Positions 49,136 to 63,985 of a stretch of 64,000 nt of DNA are shown here, in pieces (the stretch's first letter is position 1; every line of letters starts with the position of its first letter). Where the stretch lies: positions 4,960,001-5,024,000 of the forward strand of contig NC_043015.1 of the NCBI RefSeq assembly GCF_006345805.1. Direction: 5' to 3'. A program made the translations under genes and the position numbers. A model generated the notes under the pieces. It saw only the letters and a program-made list of their open reading frames with translations. It searched no databases and was not told the origin of the DNA. This DNA is from Octopus sinensis (lineage: Eukaryota).

Positions 49136-49802
49136 TATATGATAACGTAGACAGAGATCAATCGCTAAATGTCTTGGACTCTGGAATACATCAGATATTT
49201 CATTCATGAACTTCTGTTTTCCGAGAAATCTTTATTTCATATATTCTACCGGTAAACCTCGCAAAACGGTCATTAAATTGATGACTTTTGTGATACGCTT
49301 GATTCCTTCATATCATCGAGAATTTTTTCCTGTTGTATTTCGTCTCTTCAAATCATCGGAAATTATCATAAGCACCACACACTTCCGTTACACAGAGTCT
49401 ATATTTTAGCAAAGAATAAATATGAAGCAGGAAACAACAACTCGTAGATAGAAACTGCATTCGATTCAGGGTGATGTTTGTGATATACCTAATTTTGTTC
49501 TTGTGGCGCGTATGCTATAATTTGCATTCTAATTCAATAGTCCATCGTTGATATTTCATTCATTTAAAATAAATTAAAGTAGTTTTGGAAACAATAATGC
49601 AGCGTTGAACTGGAATTCTGCAGTATGGATATCATTAGCAAATGTTCATAGGTGTAGTTCACCATCGGATGACAAGACTCGTCTTACATATCTTCTGAAA
49701 CTGAAACTTTGTCTATATCATTCAAACCTTAATTTCTGTATACCGTTTTCAAATTTTTGCAAAAGACCAGCAAGTTCAGAGGACGAAATCAGTTCATAGA
49801 AC

Positions 49803-49890
49803 TATTTTTCCTTAAGTTCTCCTTGTTTTTCTCCCTGTCGCTTATTCTCTTTAGATTTTATACTTCCAATCCTGCACAAACATATTCCAT
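49803..49890 (-). repeat. Inverted partner of 46850-46945
   Basis: See partner. Confidence 0.85.
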
Positions 49891-51129
49891 ATTCATGTTT
49901 GGAAAACCTTCACTGCTCTTCGTTAGTTTATAGCCAGAGTTTCTTAGAAGACAAAGCCTTCATTCGACTCCAGTGATTAATTGATACATATTTCATCGCC
50001 GCTGTAAGAATGAAAGGTAAACTCACTCTCAGCTGAATTTGGTTATTTCTCTATATTAACTATGTAATATAGATTCACTATTCACTAATGCTGTATGTTA
50101 TATTTCAAAATTCCAAATCTTGAAGCATTTTGCAACATAATTCTCTTTTTTTCCATTTACTTATACACACTTTGGCATTATTGTTCCTTGATAAATCGCT
50201 GACACTCAATTCACGTCTCATAGTTATGCTTCTTTGTCATCTTCAGATATCAGATAATGGAAGCTTCCATCTTTCCTTCACTTTTCCGGTTTATATATCT
50301 TTAGGGGGATACTTTAACCTTCTTTGTGCCATGCTATATGATACCCATGCTTACATAAAGTTTTCAACATGAACTACAGTTATGTGTGTCTCCTTGTAGA
50401 TAAATTTAAATCCCTCTTTTTACAGACAATGAAAAGTGTTCACTCTTCGTTATCATTCTTGCATCGAGCCACTGACACCTGACTCTAGAAACAAACTTTC
50501 TCCTCTTGGCTAGTGATGTGTAATTCACATAAAGAGAGTCCAGCGAGGTTAGAATCTGTTTGATTAATTTTGTGAATTCCACATCATACACCCTATTACC
50601 ATTGTTATACTGGCTTTAACGCTGATTGAAATATTCTGTCGTTGATTATTGATATATCTTTCTTTGTGAAACTACCTTATTAACAATATTAACAATCCTA
50701 CGTTTCGTATATGAGCTCACATTAATATATTAGGAAGTTAAATAGAAAGATCTTGTTTTTAAAGATACAGCCAAGCAGTATATATGATGCCCAAATGAGC
50801 ATGGTAATAATGCTAAGTACTACGATGTTCCATTAATCCTATCATACCTTACAAGTAATCTACTGCCTAAAGCAAGTGGCATATTTGATCTTTTCTTTAG
50901 TTTTCAATAGGTTTCTTACCTTATGCATGGAGATAGAAATTACGTGGCAATCTACAGGCAAGCAAAATCTAAGCAGCTTTTAACTTAGTTGTTAAAGCAG
51001 CATTTAACTAGTTATTGAAGCAGACCTATTTATACAACGCTAAGATAATCAAGTTCTGAAACACAAATTAAGATGGCGCTTCAGTTTTTCACGTTCCCAG
51101 ACGAAAGTAGGCAAATAGGTACACACATA

Positions 51130-51350
51130 AACACATAAATACTTACATATATTCATACATACATATATACACACACCCATATATGTATATACATATATTT
51201 AAGGAGGGAAATATTTAACCATAATTGCACTTGAAACAAAATAGCAGTTGATAAAATATTTTGATACATGAATATAGCAAAACGACACTACAGGAATTAT
51301 TACATACATACATGCATACACACCACACACACACACACACACACACACAC

Positions 51351-51444
<94 letters not shown>

Positions 51445-51559
51445 CTATTTCTATCTAACACGCAATTATCAATCATGTCGATCCGTCTATCTATCTATTT
51501 ATCTTTATAGCTTTTGTCTCGTTTTCTCTTTCTCTCCCTCTCTCTCTGTTTCCCTCTGT

Positions 51560-51601
<42 letters not shown>

Positions 51602-51689
51602 CACATGCTTGGTGTTCATTTACCTGTCTTTGTCATGTGTTTTTTTCTAAATTTATATATTTATATACATATCAATCTCTCTATCTGTA

Positions 51690-51720
<31 letters not shown>

Positions 51721-51721
51721 A

Positions 51722-51771
<50 letters not shown>

Positions 51772-51890
51772 ATTTATTTATACATATATAGATAGCTAGA
51801 TAGATAAATAGATCGATATGCATATAGATATACATACATATACATACGTAGACACACACACAAATATGCATATACATATTCATATACATG
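51130..51890. repeat. Cluster of (CA)n/(TA)n/(CT)n microsatellites
   Basis: Visible directly. Confidence 0.9.
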
Positions 51891-52704
51891 TATATTGGTC
51901 TGTGAGTAATTGAATAAGTAAGACAAGTACTTCCCTACTGACATCTTCCATTCTGCCGCATATTTTCTTCTTTGGACCTTTATCAGATTTCTGAATTATG
52001 CAAAACTGTCTGGTGTTATTTATATAAATTTGTTAATATGTTTGTATTTTAGAAGTAATTATGTCTCATTAAATATTAAGATTAGTTAAGATGCGCTCAT
52101 GGCTCGGAATATATTTGGTAATCTACCAAAATAACGATCTAAAACAGGAACCAGTGTTATTTTTTTCATTTTCTTATTATTTTTTATTGCTTGTTCACTA
52201 TTTATTCTACACCATTTCATTTTAGCAAATCTATTATCTCTTCTCTTGTCACTATCCCCACAGCCAGCATTTTTCAATGGTGAGTGTGCGATGCGTATAT
52301 GTTCTTGTACTTACATACCTATGTGTGTCTCTGTGCGTGTATGTGAGCGTGCGTGCGTGCGTGTGTTTGTGTGTGTGTAAATTTACTTACTGTGAATAAA
52401 ACCAAGAATGCGTTGCGTTAATTAATGAATTAAAACTTATATAGTAAATACACGAAAAAAAATAGTCACCGAATGGCAAGTAAAAAATATATAATGAATG
52501 CACAGACGAACAGAAAGCAGACACCGTAGGTTCTCACCACACCACTAGTAATCGGCCAGCGCCTCTAACGCAATTTCGTGCGTTTATTCTTAAAGGCACA
52601 ACATTGAGTTAGACTCACTGCTCGAATATTGATAAGGAGTCTGGGACCTACTTTATATACATATGCAGAGAGAGAGAGAGAGAGAGAAATTAATCTAGAA
52701 ACAT

Positions 52705-53097
52705 AAGTGGTAAGTAGCTTGCTAACCAACCACATGGTTCCGAGTTCAGTCCCACTGCGTGGCATCTTGGGCACGTGTCTTCTGCTATAGCCCCGGGCCG
52801 ACCAATGCCTTGTGAGTGGATTTGGTAGACGGAAACTGAAAGAAGCCTGTTGTATATATGTATATGTATATATATGTATGCATGTGTTTGTGTGTCTGTG
52901 TTTGTCCCCCTAGCATTCGTTGACAACCGATGCTGGTATGTTTACGTCCCCGTGGCTTAGCGGTTCCCGCAAAAGTGACTGATAGAATAAGTACTGGGCT
53001 TACAAAGAATAAGTCCCGGGGTCGATTTGCTCGACTAAAGGCAGTGCTCCAGCATGGCCGCAGTCAAATGACTGAAACAAGTAAAAGAGTAAAAGAA
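52705..53097 (+). mobile_element. Family B SINE, near full length
   Basis: Collinear with 9961-10356. Confidence 0.93.
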
Positions 53098-53179
53098 TTA
53101 TATATATATATATATATATATGTTATTTTTATCTCAATAAGACGTTTCTTCATTCCCTTGTTTCATTTGATAATTCCTA

Positions 53180-53520
53180 TAATCTTCCTAGCTTGTCATC
53201 ATGATCATTGTGGCCTTTGTCACTGAAGTCGTAATCATTATTGTAATCAATATGGTAATGAAGATGATCCCCCTCCTCCTCCTCCTCCTCCTCCTCCTCA
53301 TCATCATCATCACCTTCATCAATGGCGACAGCATTCTCGGCATTATGTATCTCATGATGGTCATCATTATCAAACAAGTCACTATCATTGTTTGTTGGTC
53401 TCGTCCTCTTCACCACCGTCATAAGCAATATCGCCATAAGCATCATCTCAATCCTCATTATCATCGAGACCATCATCATTTTAATGATCACCATCATCAA
53501 TTGCCGCCATCACCATCAAA
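53180..53520. repeat. Degenerate (CAT)n/(CCT)n tract
   Basis: Visible directly; it produces the poly-I/H/M ORFs. Confidence 0.85.
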
Positions 53521-53649
53521 ATCCTTAACACCACGAACAACGCCGCAGTATGCAAAATCATCAGCAACAAACTTGTGTACATGCATATATGTGTGTGTGT
53601 TTCTACGTATGTATATGTATGTATATCAATATGCATATTGATCTATGTA

Positions 53650-53715
<66 letters not shown>

Positions 53716-53727
53716 ATATATATATAT

Positions 53728-54062
53728 GGAGGCGCAATGGCCCGTGGTTAGGGGAGCGTAGTGAGTGTTTATTGAGCGAAAACACTTAAAGCTCCACGAG
53801 CCTCCGGCAGGGGATGGTGGTGATCCCTGCTGTACTCTTTCACCACAACTTTCTCTCACTCTTACTTCCTGTTTCTGTTGTACCTGTATTTCAAAGGGTC
53901 GGCCTTGTCACTCTCTGTGTCACGCTGAATATCCCCGAGAACTACGTTAAATGTACAAGTGTCTGTGGAGTGCTCAGCCACTTACACGTTAATTTCACGA
54001 GCAGGCTGTTCCGTTGATTCGGATCAACCGGAACCCTCGTCGTCGTAACTGACGGAGTGCTT
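53728..54062 (+). mobile_element. Family C SINE with the B-box region deleted
   Basis: The head TGGAGGCGCAATGGCCCGTGGTTAGGG jumps directly to GTGAGTGTTTATTGAGCG. The body and 3' end are intact. Confidence 0.9.
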
Positions 54063-54849
54063 AAAAAAAGAGGGAAAAAATATATATATATGTGTAGGTT
54101 TGTGTGTGTGTGTGTGTGTGCGTTATCACCATTGCTTTTACTTTCGTTATCAATAACACCATTCCCATCTTATTTTTGTCTTCATCATCGTCGACCTTTT
54201 CTCCCTTCCTTCTCCTTATCATCTTACCTATACTTCATCATCAACACAAACGACCATATCCTTACCATGGTAATCTTTAACTCGTTCCTGTCGTCGTCAT
54301 TCACATCGATGCAAATTTTCATCATTGATACAAAATTATCCACACTATTACCATCGCCATCATCCTCATTATCATCATCATCGTCATCACTGTTATATTT
54401 GCTGGTGTAGCTCGTCGCCATTATAACCACCAATATCATTATCACCTCAGCCACCATCGCGTCTACCATTTATCAACTACGTCAGGTGGTGAAGCAGCTG
54501 TTAGAATCTCTTCAAATAAATATCTCTATCCGTTCAAGAAAGGGAAATGCCATCAGCAAAAATTATTGCAATGTGTGCAATACTGTGGATTATTAATAAA
54601 ATATGATATAATGATTATGATAGTGAAGATAATGAAAAGCTGGAACTGTCGTAAGAAATATAAAGATTAATAAGCTAATAAATTGAAAGCCATTAATATT
54701 GAAGTTCATAGCATAAAGTTAGGTTTCCGTTCGTATTAAAGATGTTATGATAATGATAAAAAAAGGCTTATTGAATCAATAAAAAGTTTCGTTGTGATAG
54801 CGAACACATATGTGATAACATACGATATAATTCGTATGCTTTATATTGC

Positions 54850-54954
<105 letters not shown>

Positions 54955-55182
54955 TGTGTGTGCGTGTGCGACAGCAGGGATGATTCAAACAACTAGCACA
55001 TCATGTTTCTAAGGGTATGTTTTGTTCTTTCTCTCTGTGAAGAGATTAGCGCATGAAGATTATTTTAATGCATTTTTAATTTCACTACGGTTAATTGAAA
55101 CAGCTGTATTAGATAATGATCGACGTGTTGCTGATAATAAATTCTCATTAACTTCAATATCTCCATTTTATTGTTCTTCATA

Positions 55183-55257
<75 letters not shown>

Positions 55258-55261
55258 CACA

Positions 55262-57182
55262 TAAAACATAAAATATGGAAAATACACACTTTACACACTT
55301 TTACATAGTATTGATATATCACTTTAATATTTTTATATTCTTTTTGTCGACCGGTTTCGCTTTCGCTACTCATGACATTGAAATTATTGTAGTATCGTAT
55401 ATTCTAGAAGATTTTAGTGTATGTTCTATGTGAAGAATTTTATGAATGAATGATTCAGCGAGAAAAATCTAAGGTAGGTATTTGGTGATCATTAATATTG
55501 AGGACAGGGGAGGTAATATTTCCTTTCTCGGGGAGGAGATAAATATAGACAAAAATTCAAAAGCATAAGTAGTGAAAAGAAATATCTAAAGTGATAGGTA
55601 CGTGATCATTAATTAAAATATATAGTGAGATGAACGTTGGTTATGCGTTCCTATTCTGTTGTATTCTGTACTTTTTGATGAACAAATTTCCTTCATTTAA
55701 ACGTTCTTGTATACATATTCATTTTTTGCACTGGTAATTGGGGAAGACGGTGACGTTTTGTTGGATATTACCGGCATATCTCACTATGTGATCACTCAAT
55801 GGAATCTGTATCTATTGCCATAAACAGATCTGTTTTTTTACGTAATATATAGTTATATATGTCCTATATAGTTATGTCCACAACCTAAGCATGTTTAACA
55901 TAAATTACATTGCTGGAAACACACGTGAAGCTGGTTTTAATTATGAACCTTTCTCGTTGTTTGAATAGCAATTGCGGGCCTTCAAGTAGGTAGGAGCATG
56001 TTCCACAGTTTGGACGTCCACATTTTGAAGCGTTGGTTTCTTGGTTGTTGTGCAAAACGTCGTATTTGTTAAAAGACATTTTGGTGTTTTGTGTTGCATT
56101 TTGCATTTGATGAATTTATGTTTTCAGTATGTTGTTCGTTATTGGATTTCTAGTGAGCATAGGTAGATTTTATACTGTTTTGTTGTATGCCTCATTGTCT
56201 TTAGGGCGGTGAGTTGATATACACAGTAATATTTTGTGATGATGCGTGGTGCTACGGTTTATTCGAAAAGTACCCGGAAGTTGTTTCAGAACTCATAAAT
56301 CAGTTCTTGATTATCTATACTTTACAATTTATGCTTCAGGAAATTTATTTCCAATTTTATGACGCCTACGATCTTCAGTAATGTGGAATTGCGATGCGAA
56401 AGAATGCAACCCCTGTTCGTGCGAACCTAATAGTGGATTATTTTGAATTTATCATATATGAAGTGGCCCTGCAAAAATATGGATGTCCATTTCACCATTG
56501 TATGAGAAAGAACTGGGAAAGTTATCTTGATGACTGGTTTATCCATAGGAATAAGATCACTGATAAACTTTTGGAATTTTAACTCAATACTAAATAATAT
56601 AAACCTAACATTCAATTCACAATGTAATATACCAAAACACAGCTGCTTTTCTCCGGTATTAGGATAAAAAAAGTCAAAAACCAAATGGTAAGTCACATCT
56701 CTCATATAGCAACAGACTAGGCTCCTTGTCTACTGTATAGCTCATGCCACGCGAAACATATCAAAAGAAATGTCCCTTTCAAATTATCGAACTTCATTTG
56801 CAAAATAGTGTGATAGAAATACCCGAGATCTTTGTCTTCAGGAACTCATAACAACACTATATGAAAGACAATATCCACCCTTACTTGTTCACGATGAAAT
56901 TAAGCGTATTACGAAATTAACCATTAAGATACAAAGGGCAACAAAATGTAACACCTCACTTCATCACAATACACTACTGTATATATATATTCTCACAATC
57001 CTAGGATCCTGTAGCATTAAAAAATCGCCCTATGATGACTAGAAACCAAATAATGAACAACATTTTGAAAACAAATAAATTCATCAAGCGCAAAAATGCA
57101 ACACAAATCGCTTAGAAAGACTTGTAAAACATGCGAAGATTTACATAACAATCACGAAACCAATGGTTAAAAAATGTAGATT
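55262..57182. mobile_element. Decayed Neptune-like PLE with two oppositely oriented arms
   Basis: The minus arm (~56345 to 55262) has CGRPNCGTC...NVIYV and a 3' region like the 18.3k copy. The plus arm (~56355 to 57182) has GIAM...ANLIVDYFEF...SYLDD through KPMVKKC. Confidence 0.85.
55345..55377 (-). ncRNA. Minimal type-I hammerhead ribozyme, A3-U8 core variant
   Basis: Minus strand reads TGTC-ATGAGTA-GC GAAA GC-GAAAC-CG-GTC-GACA, at the same position relative to the PLE as the 18.4k motif. Confidence 0.75.
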
Positions 57183-57544
57183 GAGGTTGATACATAATAA
57201 CTGCTGGTCGGGATAGATTGTAAGACACAAAGTATGATTTCGAGGTTAATTTCTATCTGCAGGAATGACGAAAATAGTGTATACTTTTTTTTTTGTTCCT
57301 ATCTTGGAGATTACAATGGAATGCTAACCTGTTATTTTTATTGAGCTTTTGAATTTTATATCGCCCGTCGACTGCTTTTATTTGGAAGATATATTATATG
57401 AATGGTTATAGTTGTTTTGATTCCTCTTTCTAGACGTGTAATATAGCGGTTTTGACTGCTATTTCTAGACATGTAAGGATTTTAGCAACACTCTATATTA
57501 TAATAGTGATTTATGCACAATTATACAGTTTTCCTTCATATATA

Positions 57545-57645
57545 AATATATATAGATATATTAGATATATATTACATATATATATAATATATTATATATA
57601 TATTATATATATATATATATAGATATATTAGATATATATATATAT

Positions 57646-57682
<37 letters not shown>

Positions 57683-57777
57683 TAGACATATATTACATAT
57701 ATATATAATATATATATTATATATATTATATATATAGACATATATTACGTATATATATATTATTATATATATATTAG

Positions 57778-57812
<35 letters not shown>

Positions 57813-57860
57813 TTAGATATATATTACATATATATATATATTAGATATAGATTACATATA

Positions 57861-57920
<60 letters not shown>
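57545..57920. repeat. (TA)n array with recurring TAGA(T/C)ATATTACATATA interruptions
   Basis: Visible directly. Confidence 0.9.
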
Positions 57921-57923
<3 letters not shown>

Positions 57924-58763
57924 TGATTTGAAAACCCCACTAGAATGGGAGAAAGCGCTAATACATGATCTAAGTTATATGATATATAAAAAATGTAATA
58001 TACAAATAAATATCTGTAAATATAAACCATCCGATTTTCTGAGTACCTCACTTCTTCTAATATATATATATATTTATATATATATGTATGTATGTATGCG
58101 TAAATATATAACATACTTACACATATTCATGCATATGCACCTACAGCTAATTAGATAGATTGGTAGATATATGGCCGAGGGCATATCAGATATAAAGTAT
58201 ATCTATGTCTGCGCTCGTCAAGGATCATGCTTGCAGGTATTTGAAACAGAAATACATTATTTTCTTTTACATACTGCAAAGAAGCCACAGAAGTTTCACT
58301 TCCAGTGTGAGTAGTAATCGTTTGAAAGGTATACAATTACACTCGAAATGTTACACACCAAGTAACAAATATTTCTCTAATATTTGGCTTCCGCTTGCAT
58401 ATGATTTAATTTAAAGTAGGCGGACTAAACAAAGATTTAACCACCTACACAATACATCGGAACAATGCACTGTATGCAGTACAGTATAAATTATAGAAAC
58501 ATCGGCCTCTTCTTTTCTACTACTAATACAAAACAGAGATTGATGATCTCACGCCATATCCATTAATTTGTTCTCTTGTTACATATGTTCGTACGAACCA
58601 GCAGATGATTTCACTGGAAATATCATACATGTATGGTGTTACAATTTTAGGCACCTAATAAAGTATTATTGCTAATTAAGAAGAAATGGAATGGTGAAAT
58701 TATTTTTCGTTGTCTGAAAAAGCAATGGTTTGTACTTGCGACACTTTTGCATTAGAGCAACGA

Positions 58764-59110
<347 letters not shown>

Positions 59111-59802
59111 TATATATATATCTTCATATTCTATTGTGCCTTGCCACCGTTATGCCAGGGGCTCAATCTCCTGCTCATAACATTTACCTGATTTCTTAGA
59201 AAGTAGTTCCATAACCTGTTTCCGAAATCATACACGTTTCTTAATCCCCATCCGGTCACGAAATGGAACATGCTTCGGTAGAGATGGTATTTCGATGTTG
59301 TAAAGCTTTCACAATTGGGAGAGGGAAGCATCACTTCAGTCCCCTCAAGTTTGTCAAATTTGCACTTACTTACGTTGGCAGATGTCTTCCACATCCTTCT
59401 GCCCTCCACAGGCGAAGGTTTGCTTAATTGCTTTGTCTTCCATGACAAGCCTAATCTAATTGTGTGCGACACGTTTGTTGAGAGTCCCCTGGGCCTTCCA
59501 CAGCATTAATTCCTTTTGCCGATGCTTTTGCAGTCAAGCCTTTTTTTGCAGAGGGAATATAAATTGAACCTAATGGCCATGTTTTCACCGCTTATTATCA
59601 AGTATGTAAAATAAATATTAAACAATTAATGTCAATGTATTATATGAACTTATACAAAGAAACAATTCTGCAACATATTGTATCAAATTACTGATGCTAC
59701 ACGGTGATACGGGGATACAATATTTGGAAAATAAACAGTGAAAATCAGAAAAAAGGCATTTGACTTTACTTCATAAATACATATGTATGTTTAACTGCAC
59801 AT

Positions 59803-59834
<32 letters not shown>

Positions 59835-59843
<9 letters not shown>

Positions 59844-59888
59844 TACGCACCGACACACGCATACGCACCGACACACGCATACGCACCG
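59835..59888 (+). repeat. 3 x 18-bp minisatellite ACACACGCATACGCACCG
   Basis: Three exact units emerging from a (CA)n run. Confidence 0.9.
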
Positions 59889-60210
59889 ACACACGTACAC
59901 ATGCACCCATATGTACACATACATATATATTGACATGCATATATAAATATATACATACTTCTTATATATATCTACCTATATATATGTGTGTGTATGTGTG
60001 CTTTTCAGATCTTGTGTATACATGTGTGTTTGTGTATGTGTGTGTATGGCTGCGTGTGTTTGCGTGTGTGTGTAGTGAATGTTTATGAGTATATGATACC
60101 TTGGCTGTCAAGTTTCATCGTGAACTAGAACTAACCTCTGCAAAGAACGAAGTGATAATGAAGAATATAAATTAAAGAAGGGAGTGGAAAGAAGAAAATT
60201 GGCAAATATA

Positions 60211-60443
60211 TATTTCTTTACTACCCACAAGGGGCTAAACATAGAAGGGACAAACAAGGACAGACAAATGGATTAAGTCGATTATATCGACCTCAGTGCG
60301 AAACTGGTACTTTATTTATCGACCCCGAAAGGATGAAAGGCAAAGTCGACCTCGGCGGAATTTGAACTCAGAACGTAACGACAGACGAAATACCGCGAAG
60401 CATTTCGCCCGGCGCGCTAACGTTTCTGCCAGCTCGCCGCCCT
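60211..60443 (-). mobile_element. Family A SINE, full length, 16-bp TSD
   Basis: Near-consensus head and core. AAAATTGG(C/T)AAATATA occurs at 60195-60210 and 60444-60459. Confidence 0.95.
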
Positions 60444-61210
60444 AAAATTGGTAAATATAATGTGTTCAATTATATGCTCATCTACTTCTGAGCAAACAAA
60501 GGTGGGTTGACTACACAGTAATTCTATAAAATTCAGAGTCTGTTTGTAGAATGAGGCAGTAAACCGCAAACTCTATTCAAATACGGGAATAAACTGTGCG
60601 CATGAAAGAACAGATGTAGAGATATTTTCTTGTCGTTAACGTGCAGTGTAAACACAACAATCTAATTGTTCACAAGTTAGTACGCTGAATGTTGTTTACT
60701 TTTGGTTAAACAACATAATATCATGTTTCATTGACCAACTGACCCCGACATTATCACTATCGTTGTTCATTATTTACATTTATTTACAAATGACGAATAT
60801 TTGTCCTCATCTTCTTTGTTGTTAACACAACGTTTCGGCTGATATGCCCTCCAGCCTCCATGAAATACAGACCTGTCGTTGTTCATACTTGCTAATTTTC
60901 TGGACGATAAAAGGATATTGTATGGAATTCGGAGCTTCAGCACTAATATTGGTTTCAATTAATTTTTGTCCGTTTTTGTAGTATGTTAATGTCAATGGCT
61001 GCGACCGATAGATGCCGCTGCTGACAGCCAATCACGCCAATCTTCTTCGTTGAATAGGAAGATTGGTTATGATGAATTAATTCCTTATAAATTAAAAGTT
61101 TTGAAATGATGTGTACATTTAAGTTCCATCAAAGACGTTTGTTCTTGGAACCTGGGGTATATTCCGATCTTCTAATTATCTTCTTCGCCATTCGTTTTCG
61201 TGTATACTAT

Positions 61211-61896
<686 letters not shown>

Positions 61897-62189
61897 AGAA
61901 TTATTTTTGTCAATGTAATGTAATGTATTCAGCCGAATATCATTTTTATATTCCTTTCCCAACAGAATTGAATGGAAATCACAATGGTTTGTATATGGCC
62001 ACTTTGAACGGAATCATTATTTGGAAGCGATGTTCCTCAAGGTTAAGCCTACTTCTCACTTCTGAATTGGTATTTCATAAACATTAGACACAACTAAAGG
62101 TGAATCTTTCTTTTATGCTCTTGATTCAAATAGATGTTGACATAAACAGTACAAGTCCGTGCTAACACGTTGGGTATTGCTTCACGCCA

Positions 62190-62490
62190 TATATGATTTG
62201 GAAGCTGCACAGATGAACATGTATAATATTCTAATTCGAGAACTTGAATTTTCACAATTCGAACAAAGCTGTAATGTCGAAAAAAAGCAACCAAAATCAT
62301 TATGCAGTCGATTGGATTACCGTAATGGGATAGCTCGAGAAAGAACGCTCGATGATCGCACACGGTTAGGTAGGCGTTAAAAGGTGGATTCCAAAGTTAT
62401 GCTCCGAACCACACAGGTAAATCTTACTAGCAGAACTCGGAGATTATCAGAGCAGCTCGGTGTCTCACGCACGTAAGCCAATGAGTGGTA
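62190..62490 (+). mobile_element. Highly decayed mariner N-terminal (HTH) fragment
   Basis: IRELEFSQFEQSCN...TLDDRTRLGR..KVDSK..L...Q.N.....RRLSEQLGVS resembles mariner HTH domains around SGRP. No catalytic motifs are seen. Confidence 0.55.
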
Positions 62491-63795
62491 AAAGACCCGA
62501 CATTTGGTTAACAGTAATCGAGCTCTTCTAACGCAGGTCAACGCAAGACCTGACACTATCTCGAACAACATAGAATAAACCATCGGTTTGATGCCACAGA
62601 GTGAGTATTCAATATCTAGCTCCCTCACAATATTGGTTGTTTCGAGCCATGTCTCACTTCCTGCAACGCCTCACCAACCAAGAGTAGGTGTGAACAATAA
62701 ACTGGCGGAAAAGTGGCTTCAAACAGTGTGACACGATTGATAACACTTTGAATACTAGGCTGTATTTTTTATGTAAAATTTCGAATAGAGCTAATAAATA
62801 AAGAAAATATTATAAGCCTTTTGACAAAACAATATGAAATGATATTAAACAATATTTATCCTTTTTCAGAAGCATGGTATGATTCAAAGTTATGTGGTGA
62901 ATTATTATTTGAGGGAAAAGTTAGATATGTAGGTTGTTTCGAGAATTACAATGGTTTAAAAACGCCGGGAAATTTCAAAGAGCCTTTTGTATTATCATTT
63001 TCAGAGATACGTTGAAACATAGGTCATAGATCAACGTAGAAGGGAAACCGTTTATCATATTCCTCCCAGACTACATACTTTAGCACGTCAGTGTCTATCG
63101 GTGGATATTGCGTCATATGTTGAACAAATGACTGGATTATGAAACAAAACAAATATATACATATATATATATATATATTATCTATTTTATAGAATATTAA
63201 ATCATGGCATAATTTTCCAAACATTGTATGTTTTTGCTTTGTTCCATTTCATCTCTGTATAAGAAAGTGTTTTGAACAATGACAGGTTGTTGTTTTTTTA
63301 GTATAAGTCAGCCCTGTTTCTGGACTAACGATCACAGGCAATGTTCTCTAATCTCAAGTAAGAGCTCTCTCTGAAGACATATGATCAATAGAACGTTGTT
63401 ATTGTAGTTTAGTCCCGAGTCAACTCACAATCAGAAGCAGAATGACGTTCTTCTTTAGTGTCATGCCACTTCCATTTGAACAGACTTATGATCAAAGACG
63501 TTATTTGGACCAAAATTGCGTTCATGACTAACATCAATTAAGTTAGATAATATTATAGATCTAAATTCGCTGCACTTCAATGTAATAGGAAAATAATTTT
63601 CCTCAGTCCATTTGTAACCTTTGCTTCAGGATAGTTTCTTTTATTTGAGAAATATAACGTTAAGTTCCATTTGTTTTATTTCATATTTTCTGATGTCCGA
63701 TTATTAAATACAATTTAGAAAATAACTCATTATTTTTCTTTCATTTCTTTTCCATTTGTTGCCGATTGTCTTCCCGACACGTAGGGCAATGAAGC

Positions 63796-63855
<60 letters not shown>

Positions 63856-63879
63856 CATAGTGTTAACTCTCTAATAATT

Positions 63880-63985
63880 TATGTATAAATTTATATTATC
63901 TCCCTAGTGTTACGTGCTAAGACACTTGGTGTTAAATTAATGGTATTATTAAATTAATATCAATTTTTCACCCTCATTTATAAAT
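63880..63985 (-). repeat. Partial copy of the foldback-family leader
   Basis: The reverse complement AAATGAGGGGTGAAAAATTGATATTAATT...AATTTAACACCAAGTG resembles 20634-20695. Confidence 0.55.

Noticed and set aside
50692-50735. CGAAACGTA-GGATT hammerhead-like half on the minus strand
   Set aside because: The core strand and stem I partner are missing, so it is too short to distinguish from chance.
57430-57480. CTAGAAATAGCAGTCAAAACCG resembling the Neptune motif
   Set aside because: It lacks UGA, GAAA and the NUH triplet.
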